From Chromera velia (Eukaryota): a stretch of DNA of 51,514 bases. Positions 32,664 through 43,633 of this stretch are shown here, piece after piece; the first letter of the stretch is position 1; each line of letters begins with the position of its first letter. The notes beneath the pieces were generated by a model. It was not told the DNA's origin, ran no database searches, and saw only the letters and a list, made by a program, of their open reading frames with translations. The stretch spans positions 1-51,514 of the forward strand of contig JAHBMJ010000284.1 in NCBI GenBank assembly GCA_018398765.1, written 5' to 3'. The translations under genes and the position numbers were made by a program.

Positions 32664-33840
32664 AATGTGTCGGACTGAGTGAGTGAGAGAGCAGAGCCTT
32701 CAAGATCGTCTGCGTCGATTGTCCTCGAGGGCCCGGAGACTTCAGCTGAAGGAGGCAGCAGCAACCAGCGAGTTAGAGGCGGAGACGGAGAAGCAGAACA
32801 AAGAGAAGAACAGAGGAGTAGTCGGGCGCGAACAGGGGACACAAGCAAACTCCAAGTGGAAGGTCCGAAGGTTTTTTTTTTTTTCTTCATTTTGTTTTGG
32901 TTCGGGTTCTTTATCTCTTCGGCTGTCAAACAGGGCATCATTGACGCATGCGTGTCGGTGTCTTAGGACATATGTGGAGGTGCCTCGTGTCTTTCCTCTC
33001 CTGTGTGGCTGCTTTCTTTCGCTCGTGTGTCCGATTTGGAGTGCAGTCTTTTCCTCCGGCTGTAGAAAGACTGATGTTCTTTTTGTTTCTCTCTCCCTCC
33101 CACTCTGAATTCCTGTCTGCATGCCTCCGTCTGCCTGCCTGTCTGCCTCCCTTTTGCCTTTGTTGCATGCAGGAGCTTCTGTACACCGCTCGTGCCTGCC
33201 TGACTATTGTGGGGGCCTCCATCCTCAGCTGTGCGGAGATCGGTATGGGTCACGGTCGGATGGGGGCGTTCGCGTTGAACAGCAACGAGGACTCGGAGGA
33301 GGAGATCAGGGGACGCCTCACCTTTCTTGGAGGTCGGTTGGTAAGGCAAGAAAGGAAAGAAGGGGTAGGCAGACACGTGTGCATGCTGTCGAGGTGCCAT
33401 GCAGGAGAGATCGATCCAGTGTTCAATGAAGGCCAGAGAGAGATAGAACCTCATCATTGATGAGAAAGATCGTCATTTTCTGTGCAGCTGCTGGAGTGCA
33501 TGCTTGTACCGACTTGATTTGATTTCTTGTGTGTTTGACTTGCCTCGCTTGATCAATGCATTCACCGCTTGACAGACCCCCCTTTATTTGCTGCCTGCAG
33601 GCCCCCTGTCCTCCTTGGTGAACTGGCATCGGGTCTGCTCCTCATTTTCGCATGCCCCTGAGGCCCTCCCTCTTGTGGATCTCTGGTCACTTCTGGTGAG
33701 GGAGACTCACGGCTCAGCAGTGTGGGCGTTGGGCCATCAGAAGGGGGGAGAGCATCGTGAGGCTGTGCAGCCCTCTTCTTCTTCTTCCTCCGGCACATTT
33801 CGCCAGGTCAGTCAGCCAGCCCGACAGCCCGCCCGCCCGT

Positions 33841-33872
<32 letters not shown>

Positions 33873-36800
33873 CATTCAAGAGGGCAGTAATTGAAGGCGG
33901 GGTTTCGTTCGGGCCATCATGCCTCCACTGGCTTTTGTTTCTAAACTAGTGATGGTAGTTGCTTTCTTTGTTTATTGACGGTTCCTCAGTGTGTACGCTT
34001 CTCAACACTTGTCTGTCTGCGCAAGACTGTTTGCACTGTTTTCTTGCAGGCTGAGAGGCAGCTTCGACGTCTGATGGAAGCCCCCCTCCTCCACTCACTG
34101 GTTGTCCGTCTCCTCGAGGCCGGGCTTTTCCCCTTTCCCCTGCCGGTGGGGGAACCCCCTGGGGAGGGGACAGGAGAGGAGGATCCGCTGATCAGAGAGT
34201 CGTGTCTCTTCTACCTGCTGCCTGACCATTCTCGTGTCTGTGAGTGGCTGATGCTGAAGGAGATAGCGTTCTCTGGCAACAGGGAGACACAGCAGGGGTG
34301 GGACGGCGCATGCTGGGCTGAGTGGAAGGCTGAGGGGAAAGAAGAGGAGCTCTGTAGTGGAGGTTCGCTGTGCATGTGCATGTTTATCTGCCGAGTCTCA
34401 TGGTGTTTTGTTCTCTTCTCTGCTCTGCTATTCTCTTGATTTCATTTCTTTACAGTCCTCTCCTCTGTTCTACTTGTAAGAAACCGATTGTCCTTGCATT
34501 CCCTTCGGCATCTCTTGTCTCTCCATGTTGATTCTGCTTCTGAATCCGATCCAGGCTTCTTGCTACTACCACCATTTTTTTTAACTTGTCAGTGCGACCA
34601 CTGCTCTCATGAATCGTCACATTGCCACTTTGTTGCTGCAGGGGACCTGCTGCTGCAGGAGGGAAACGGTTACTTGAACGAGGACTACGCTGGCCTCGAG
34701 GCTCTTTCTTTCGCGGGAATGAATGGGCAGACCTCCGTCTTCATTGCCGGGCAGACCGATAACAGCAAGAGGCAGTCGGCAGTCAAGACAAAACTGAAGG
34801 TCCGCGTGTGTGTGTGTGTATGTGTGTGTGTGGGGGGGGATAATCGCTGAGAGGATACCAGACAATAGCCTCTCGGAAGAAGCATTGATTGATGTGAGAA
34901 AACGAGATGAATCCAAACAAAAGGCATCTCAGCCCAGGGAGATCACCGATTTGGGGAGAGAGAATGGGAGCACCCCAAAGTAATTCTCTTGTTCTCCAGA
35001 AAGGCACCCAACAAAAAGTCGCTGCTTCTATCCTGCACATGTGGGTCCATCTCTCTAATTTTCTCTCCACTCTGTCGACAAAGAAAATTGCAGCACCAAC
35101 ACGCGGTCTCCTGCGCCCTCCGCTCCCTCCTGTGCCCTGTGGGAGGACACTCCAGCGCTTCCGGAGAAAAGAATTCTGGATCCAGGTCTGAGGGAGGAAA
35201 GGATGCGATTCGGGCCCTCAAGACAACTGCTGCAAACAGACTCCGGCATACGCCCCTTCTGGAGGTCAGGAGGAGGGAAGGAATAGGACATGCAGTCGGG
35301 CTACCCTTGTTCTGTCTCCCTTCCTCTGCCGGCGTCTTTTTGTGTTTCCGCCCACCCACCCAGCCCTGAAGATGACGCTCACATACCTGCCTGGGTGCTG
35401 TCGTGACCCAACAGCAAGAGGCAAGGGTCCACTAGTATGTGCATGTGTGTCTGCGGATCAAGCACGTGTCTTTTTGACTTTGCTTCGTGATGTTTTTGAT
35501 CCTGCCTCCGACCAGCATGGAAACGAAACTTTAAGCTTCTGTCTCTCCCTCAAGCATCCTGTGGACTCGGCTAGTGAAGACTGGTGGTCCCTCTATTTGC
35601 CGAATTTTTTCTTTTTTCTTCAATCTTGTGTTGTCGACATGAATGACTTCATGGACGCATGCAGGTGGCGACGCTTCTCCTCCTTCCAGTGGCCATTCCT
35701 AAGGGGGCAGTGGAGATCGCAGTCTTGGAGAAATGGTTTGTGCGTTCTTGCAGGGGCCTCTCTCTGTGTGGGGGGGAAATCGATCCAAGGGGGGGTGTCT
35801 CCGTAGGGGGGCAGGCGAGTGAGTGTACAGAATGAGAGAACCGGGTGGGGGGGGGGAGATGGAAAGCCTTCTGAATCGACCTCTTCGTCACCCCCTGAGG
35901 CTCTGTTCTTTCCCTTCCCTTCTCTTATCTGTTTTTTCCTGCCTTCTCCTGGGAAAAACAAGAAAGGAAAGAATGCCAACAGGAACGAAAAAAGAAAAAG
36001 AAGTTACCCGAGCAGCTGTGCAGACCAGCAAACAGACTGACGATCATGCAACGCTTCTTCCCTCCCTCGCCTTTCTCTTCTGACTGTTGTTTTCTTTCTT
36101 TCAGGTGGGAGCCCTCCATTGACAAACTCGAAAAAGCGCTGTGTGCCCTGGTGGACCTCACCGCGCACGTCGGGGGTTCCAGTGGTGACTCTTCCGAAGA
36201 AGCCGAGGGGGAGGGCGAGGACGTCCACGCGCAGTGGGGTGTGCGTGTTTGTGCGGCCTTCAGCCTGCTCATGCTGTTTTCGGAAGAGGCGCTCTCAGAC
36301 CAGACCCGACGCAACAGGAAGAGGGCATGCGAGAGCCATACGGTGCTCCACGGCAAACTCGAGAAGAAGACAATCATCCAAATTCTCAAAAATGGGTGGG
36401 TGGGTCCATGGTTGCATGGGCTGGCGGGTGGGGCGGGGGAGAGAACTTGGTGATCTAGGCGTGGAAAGGCAAACTGACATGCAGACAGAAAGACAGGAGC
36501 AATGAACAGACGTGCAGAAATACGATAAGTGTCTGTCTGGATGATTGGGGGAGGGGGACGAGAGATCGATCGATCACCGCCCTGCTCCGGAAGCAATCTG
36601 GCGTTTCGTCCTGCTTCCTTCATTTGTGCTGTACGTATTCCATTACCTTGCATGTCCGTTGAAGCTTTCTCCCTCCCTCCTTCCCTCCCTCCCTCCAACA
36701 TGCATGCATGCAGATACATTCTGCCAGCCCTGGAAAGGGCCGAAGGAACACTGAAGGAATCAGATCCCCACCCCAGGAAGCTCTCAGGTCTCCGTCAGAC

Positions 36801-38596
36801 TGCGCGCGCCCTCGATTTGTACGTGGGCGTTCTGAGTGACATCAGGGATCTCTCCCGTCTCCTCCTGTCCTCAGTGGAGTCAGAGAGAGCCGAAGAAGTG
36901 GTCAGTCCAGTCAGCGTGTCGAGGGATCAAAGAAGGGCAGATAGATCTTTCTCTCATTCATTGCTTCTTTTTGGTTTTGCACGCACATTCATTTCCTGTG
37001 TTCTCTTTGAATCGCTGGCACAAGGCACTCTTGATTCTGTTTGTTTTCTGTAGAATAACGTATTCTCTCGTTTTGTCCTCCTCACAATTTTCGTTCTCAT
37101 CTGCTCTCTCTCTCCCTCCAGGTGAGGCCCCCTTGTGTGTGGTCGGAGGTCGAGAAGGAGACTAGTGTGCTTCTGCGACGGGCAGGGAATCTCCACAAGA
37201 AAGCTGTGGAGGCTATCGGTCAGTCTCTTTCTGAGGGCCAACAAAGAAAGCGCCTTTTTTTCTTCCCCGCATTTGAAAGAAATCGTCCCTCTTCTTTGCT
37301 TATTTCTACATAACTCTTTTGGCCCGCCAGTCACTCATCAAGTGAGGTACGTGAAAAAGACAAAAACTCAGAGACCACACGAAAACCTGTCTACTCTCCC
37401 TCCCTTGTGCCCCCTTTTGTCTTGGTACAGAAAAGTCTGGCAGGAGGGGTTGGAAACCCGACAAGAGAGTCGAGCGTCCCTCTGTCGGCCTCACTGCCGG
37501 CATGTCCGAATCTTCCCTGAGTCAAGCGAAGAGTTCCGCAAATGACAAGAGTGAGGAGAAGACGGACGGCGCCCAGCAGGAGAACGACCAAGATCACGAC
37601 AAGAAGAACGGAATCCAGAAAGAGAGAGAGAAGCAGCGGCAGGTAGAGAAAGAAAGGGAGAAGCAAAAGCTGGCAGAGAAAGAAAAGGAGAAGCAGAAGC
37701 AGGCGGAGAAAGAAAGGGAGAAGCAAAGGCTGGCACAGAAAGAAAAGGAGAAGCAGAAGCAGGCAGAGAAACAAAAGGAAAGACAGGAGCAGGCAGAGAA
37801 AGAAAAGGGGAAGCAGAAGCAGGCAGAGAAACAAAAGGAAAGACAGGAGCAGGTAGAGAAAGAAAGGGAGAAGCAGAAGCAGGCGGAGAAAGAAAAGGAG
37901 AAGCAGAAGCAGGCAGAGAAAGAAAAGGAGAAGCAGAAGCAAGCAGAGAAACAAAAGGAAAGACAGGAGCAGGCAGAGAAAGAAAGGGAGGAGCAGAACC
38001 AGGCGGAGAAAGAAAAGGAGAAGCAGAAGCAGGCAGAGAAAGAAAAGGAGAAGCAGAAGCAGGCAGAGAAACAAAAGGAAAGACAGAAGCAGGCAGAGAA
38101 AGAAAAGGAGAAGCAGAAGCAGGCAGAGAAACAAAAGGAAAGACAGGAGCAGGCAGAGAAAGAAAAGGAGAAGCAGAAGCAGGCAGAGAAACAAAAGGAA
38201 AGACAGGAGCAGGCAGAGAAAGAAAAGAAAAGACAGGAGCAGGCAGAGAAAGAAAAGGAGAAACAGAAGCAGGCAGAGAAACAAAAGGAGAAGCAGAAGC
38301 AGGCAGAGAGAGAAAAGGAGAAGGAGAAGGATTCCGATGAATTCTACAGCTTGTCCCCTCCTTCCGGCAAATGTCCTTCTGTCATCTCTGCCAGCACTCC
38401 GGACAACGATGCCTCTATGAAGGTCAGTCTCCTGTTGTCTCTCTCCCTCTACAGACCTTCTCTGTTCTTCTTTCTGTCCTTCCTCGGTGCTCTGATAAAT
38501 TCATCCGCAACGGACCTCCCGCCTCTCCAATCCACGCCGTGTATCAGGGTGCCTAGCTGGATACGTGAATCTGCCCCCAACCTCGGTGCGAGCCCC

Positions 38597-38627
<31 letters not shown>

Positions 38628-38678
38628 TTGTGTATGTATGTATGTGTGTGTGTGTATGTTTGTGTATGTATGTATGTA

Positions 38679-38713
<35 letters not shown>

Positions 38714-38775
38714 TTGTGTATGTATGTATGTGTGTGTGTGTGCATGTATGTGTGTGTGTGTGTGTGTGTGTGTTC

Positions 38776-38809
<34 letters not shown>

Positions 38810-38838
38810 ATGTGTGTGTGTATGTATGTGTGTGCGTG

Positions 38839-38879
<41 letters not shown>

Positions 38880-40265
38880 ACCCCCATGCAGGTCGCATCC
38901 CAAAAGGAGGAAAGGGATGTCGCACCAGAGGGGGCCGCTGGAGAGACCAGCAAAGAGGGTACCGTGAGTCCCCCTGTGAGCCCTCCCGTCAGCCCGCCCG
39001 TCTCGCCCCAGCAGCTCCAACCGGAACTTCAAAAACTGCAGAAGAAGAAGCAGAAGCAGCAACAGCTTGCCGTCTCTGTCTCGGAGGTGGAGGTGAAGGA
39101 CTGTGAGCTTGTCGACAAGCTGACGGACGGAAAAGGGCCCCGGCATGCCCCCCCTGTTCCCAAACAGCAGCCTGACGTGCCCCCCACGAAAGTCCAGAAA
39201 CGAGAGGAGAGAAAAGAGGGACACAAAGAGAAGCCGTTGGGGGGGGACGAGGAAGAGGAAGGGGGAGAGAGTGACACGGAGAGTGAAATTTCGCTTCCCT
39301 GCAGCAATGCGGACACAGAGAAGTCTGATCACTTGAAAGAGGAAAGGGAGAGAAAGGAAAAGCGCCCTCCCTCTCCAGAGAAAGACACAACTCTGTCAGG
39401 AGCCCTTCAAAAACCCACCGTACGCGTACCTGACTCCAAACCGCAAGAGCATAAGCAGAAGGACAAAGCAAACAGACAAACCCTCCCTCCATATGCAGAT
39501 ACACAGAAGGTGGAGGAGGATCAGCTCTCGCTGCCGGAAGACACGCCCGAGACCACCGACAGCTCCGCTTCCTTTTCCCTTCCTCCAAAGACTGAGAAGA
39601 AAGCGAACGAAAAGGAGAAGGAAAAGACCCTTTCGAAAAAGTCCCCTCCCCGTCTCCCCAACAACAAGCATCAGCTTCCCGTCTTCTCCCTGTCCGCCCT
39701 GAGCCGTTCGGCCTCTGCTGATTCCTTCGACTTGCCCCCAGAGGCCTGTGACCCCTCCTCTCTGCCTGCGGGGGGAAGAGACGGCTTCCCTCCTGTGTGG
39801 GAGGCCTGTCGGGTGGACCCTGGCTCCCCCCTATTCTCCCTCTCTTTCCACCCTCTGAGAAAGGACACCGACACCTCTTGCGTGATTGGCATTCGACCCG
39901 TTGTGAAGGACGCAGACATGCGACTCTTCCGGCAGGAGATTGTGCGGTGCATGCACGCCCATCCTAGAAGAAGGTATGATGAAGGTGAGGAAGAGGACGG
40001 AGACAGAGAGAAGAGTATGAAGTCAAAGTTCCATGTGTACTGCAGAGAGCTGGAGCCGTGGAAAGAAGATGATTTGATGGAAGTCGTGGTGGAGTTCCGG
40101 CAGCAGGGAGACGCCCTGGCAGTGCAGGAGGCGTGGGAGAGGGATGCATCTGAGGATTTGCGTCCGGGGGGGGTGAGGTTTGTGGTGAAGTTTTTGGGAA
40201 AGGGAGACGGATCTGGGGCAGGACGAGCTGAAGAGAATAGGAGGGGAAGGAGAGCAAATCGTTGA
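31220..40265 (+). CDS. Large multi-exon hypothetical protein: Leu-rich helical N-terminal region, E/K/Q tandem-repeat coiled coil, Pro/Ser/Glu-rich disordered region and a small C-terminal alpha/beta domain
   Basis: ATG at 31220 (MEIHNLT). Phase-consistent exons at 31220-31241, 31576-31658, 32039 onward and 37431 onward. Many further GT-AG-bounded coding blocks (e.g. 34050, 36104, 36713, 37122). The last exon runs ~38880-40265. Internal exon structure is only partly checked. Confidence 0.7.
37621..38320 (+). repeat. Coding minisatellite, 30-bp unit, about 23 copies, encoding EKEKEKQKQA / EKQKERQEQA
   Basis: AGAAAAGGAGAAGCAGAAGCAGGCAGAGAA and its variant ACAAAAGGAAAGACAGGAGCAGGCAGAGAA in tandem, in frame with the exon starting at 37431. 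Confidence 0.95.
38597..38876. repeat. (GT)n/(GTAT)n intronic microsatellite, ~280 bp, directly upstream of a CAG acceptor
   Basis: Directly visible. Confidence 0.95.
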
Positions 40266-42767
40266 CTTTGATTGTGGTACAGGGGTGGAGCAGTTTGCAG
40301 TCAGCAAGTAGTCGGCTCCAGCTATTTCACTCACAAACTTTTTGGCTTTTCCTTTCAGTCGTCCACCTCTTCTGTGTCTCCTTCGCTTGTCTTTTCTCTT
40401 CTCTTGACAATGCTTGCTTTTCTCTGTGAAGAAAGGGCCTGAATCTGTGCTCGTGGCTTAAGGAGAAATCCAGCAAGAAGAGGGGAGAAGGGTGCTCTCG
40501 CGCAGGGGAGGGAGCAGATTTGATCGGGACAGCTTGAGCAAAGTTCCGTCTGTTTATTGAAGCGAGGAGGACAGACGAGTCAATCAAAATATTATGTAGG
40601 AAATCGCAGAGTACAATGAATGTATTATCGTTTCGTCACTCAAAGAAAAGGCCTGGCATGCAGGTCAAGTGTACAAAAACAATGCGAATTCACTCTGTGC
40701 ATGGATGCGATGCGAAGGAAGAAAGGAAGGGCGGGTGCTTAAAGCTTCACAGCGACAACGGCAAAGACTGACTGAGTGAGGAAACGAACAAACAAAAAAC
40801 AGGCAGGGAGACAAACAGACACAGATGGGGCAAGAAAAGATCCTGCTTATGCACGTTTCTGCTTTCCCCTTCACGACGATGTCTGAAAACTCCAGGTGCC
40901 ACTTTCCCACGCTTCTTGTCGCCTTCCATGCTGATGCTCTCACGAGTATCCAAGGGAAGAGAAAGAAAGAAAAAACATGCAAGAAAAAAAGGAAGTGAGT
41001 CTGAAAAAACGCCGGCAAGCAAGAAGGGAAACAAAAGAAAAGTAAGTAGCTGCTCGTCCAAATGAGAAAGAGGGTAGCAGTGTGCAGTTTATTTAAGCCT
41101 TCGTTTGTTTTTCTCTTTCGGAATTCCGACTCCGCGAGGCTTTTCGATCCACCGTTTTGTGCTTTCAGCACTTTTCCCTTTCTCGGCCTTGCCTTCATCG
41201 GGCAATCGCTGATGGCTGCCTCTTCCACTGACATTTTTATCAATTCGAACACTGAACGTTCATGAATGTGAGTCTGAATTTGAGTGTGCAGATGAAAGTC
41301 GACGCGATCGCATACACCTCCAGGGGTGTGCACCCACAACCCCCCTATTTAACTGCCACTTCCCGGTAGACTTCCGCATCCCTTCTTTTGGATGCTTCTG
41401 CTTGATGTTCTCTCCATGTTTGCGTGTCGTGCTGCCAGATCGCCATGTATTTAAGCCATTGAAGCCCGCTCTGGGTCGGCAATCTTTCGTGTGTGCATGA
41501 GTGCATGACCGAAAGAGAAAAAGCGATCGAAAGAGAACGTCCCTGAGCAAGAAATTCACTGGAGGAATCCAACTCATTCCCGACCGGAGGATGCAGCGAG
41601 GAGCAAGAGCTTGAGAGGATTCGGTACAGCAGCGCAGATGTATGCGTACCCTGATTCCTTCATTCCTCCACCTCGATGTTTATCATCGTACAGTTTGCCC
41701 TGCATTAATTGATGCACACAGGATCCACGTTGTGCAAGTTACAGTGAAACAAAACGCCTTTGACTGTCGATCCTGCCTTTTCCGGTGCACAAATACGATT
41801 GCAAACTTACAATGCAAAGCCTTTTCCTACCAGAAAATCATTGATTCAATGAGTTAATAATCTGTCGTTAAACAGAAGAAATCACGTAGAAAATCACTGC
41901 ATGCATGGGTATCAATTAGACATGTTCGAAGTCATGGACTTAAGGTCATGGACTTAAGGTGGATAACTTAAAATATGTTTCTTAATGGAATGTACAAATG
42001 ATGCACAATGCACATCATGGATTGAGTGGGATAAACCTAATGACAACACTCATAATCTTACTAATATCTCTAGTATTAAATATCATAAAAATATGTCTGG
42101 AGAATGCATTTTGAGATCTGTTCTTAGCACGTCCGCCTTACTTTGGTCCTTCCATTCCTCTACCCAACACTGCAACTAATATACCATGCAAGTTTGAATA
42201 AATTCAGAATAATTTGGCTTAGACTAAAATTTTTTAGACAATTTTAGAGTAATTTATCATCCATCTTATAGACTAGATTCTTACAGTAATTTAAAGCAAT
42301 TAATTTAGAGTAATTTCGACTTGAATTTTAGAGCACTGGCAATTCAAAGTAATTTAAAATAGCAACTTGAAACTGATGTATAATTTAGAAACCTATAGTT
42401 GGAACTTATAGAAACCTAAATAACCATAATTTTAGTCAAACTTTGGAGGTCGTTTTTTTTAATGAGAAAGAGGTAAATATTCAAATTATAATATAATTTA
42501 AAAGTGACGGATACCAGTCACATGCAAGTTCAGTTGTTGACAACTTGTCGTCTTATCTTCACTTTGTATATAGGCGTTGATCGTTTATACATGCATACAT
42601 GTAAAAATACTCCACAGTTCACTTTTTTAATTGAAAGTTGCTAGTGAAGTTGTCTGTATAGTGTATATGTTGTGACTATATAGTCTTCAGATCTGTCTTA
42701 AGCCTAGTCTTAAGCCAACTTTGCAGAATATACAGAGCCAGCATCACTTGCTGCATTACGACGATGA

Positions 42768-43511
42768 TTACGTGTTTTCTGCTAGGCTTTCTGCGGGTTC
42801 TACTGACAGCTTTTCATTATCCTTGTTCACTTCGTCTGGTTTGGCTGGAGTCGTCGGTGCGTCTCCAGTCACAGTCTCTCCCGTCTGACCCCCAACGATG
42901 AGTTTTCCTTCCTCGAATCCCCCTTCCCCCGCCTGAACACTGGGCTTCTGAGGTGACGAGGACGATGAGGCTCCAGCCCCTTTGTGGCCAGACGAAGACG
43001 AACTTCGGTACTTGTCCATTTGGTCCGTGAGAGACTTGAGCCTCGTGAGGTCCTTCGAAGGGTCGTCGTCAGATTTCAGCTCTTCTCTCAGGCGCATGAG
43101 CAAAATGGGGTTCCATTTGTCCCAAAAGGCACCACTGCCTCTGTGCGTGATCTCACCCTTCGACTCAATCAATGCCTTCCGGGCCTCTTTGTTGGTCACA
43201 CCGCTCCCCATCAACTTTGCTTTGTTGGCCTCGTACATGACCTCAACCTTGTCTGCCTCGAAATTCGCTCTCCTCGCACCTCTCTGCCCCATGTTCCAAA
43301 CTCGCATTCCAAATGTCCATCCGTTCTCTCCCTCTTTGGGCTTTTGTTGTGCAATCTTCGTGCGGTCTGCATCTGTCTTTTGCTTCATCGCTTGGTACGC
43401 TTGCTCGGAGCTGTAGAAAGTCTGCCCCTCCATCTCGAATTCCATTATCTCAAAGTTGTCAGTCCCGGGAGAGATGCTCTTCCCGCTGCCATCCATGCAT
43501 GGTCCCCCCAT
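42768..43511 (-). CDS. NADAR family (YbiA/DUF1768-like) protein, divergent, single exon, with a low-complexity C-terminal tail
   Basis: ATG at 43511 (MGGPCMDG). NADAR-type motifs appear in order: TDNF..MEFEMEGQTFYSSEQAYQAMK, G....RANFEADKVEVMYEANKAKL, ARKALIES, FW...N.ILLMRLREEL. Uninterrupted 247-aa ORF. Confidence 0.8.
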   Translation of the reverse strand: MGGPCMDGSGKSISPGTDNFEIMEFEMEGQTFYSSEQAYQAMKQKTDADRTKIAQQKPKEGENGWTFGMRVWNMGQRGARRANFEADKVEVMYEANKAKLMGSGVTNKEARKALIESKGEITHRGSGAFWDKWNPILLMRLREELKSDDDPSKDLTRLKSLTDQMDKYRSSSSSGHKGAGASSSSSPQKPSVQAGEGGFEEGKLIVGGQTGETVTGDAPTTPAKPDEVNKDNEKLSVEPAESLAENT

Positions 43512-43633
43512 CGGAAGAGAATTGGAAGGAAATACGGGAAGCAAGGATGAGTGTGAAAAGGAGGGCAAGGGAAGATGGCACAGGTTTAGTGCCAAGCAGG
43601 CCACTTGATCGAACCGGACAGAGCGGAGGTAGG

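Noticed and set aside
37391..38284. 297-aa Leu/Phe/Cys-rich minus-strand ORF resembling a membrane protein
   Set aside because: It is the antisense mirror of the E/K/Q coding repeat
37621..38320. 30-bp repeats as a possible CRISPR array
   Set aside because: No unique spacers, in-frame coding, eukaryotic context and no cas genes
38449..38967. ORFs rich in CV/HT dipeptides (also near 6470, 26050 and 46900)
   Set aside because: Translations of intronic (GT)n, (CA)n and (GA)n microsatellites
40327..41339. Minus-strand ORFs (MSVEEAAISD...; 40327-40587) as a small gene
   Set aside because: No recognisable domain and no consistent splice model; cannot be excluded without RNA data
43512..43604. 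N-terminal extension of the NADAR ORF from a GTG start
   Set aside because: Non-ATG start and UTR-like pyrimidine-rich sequence; the ATG at 43511 is preferred
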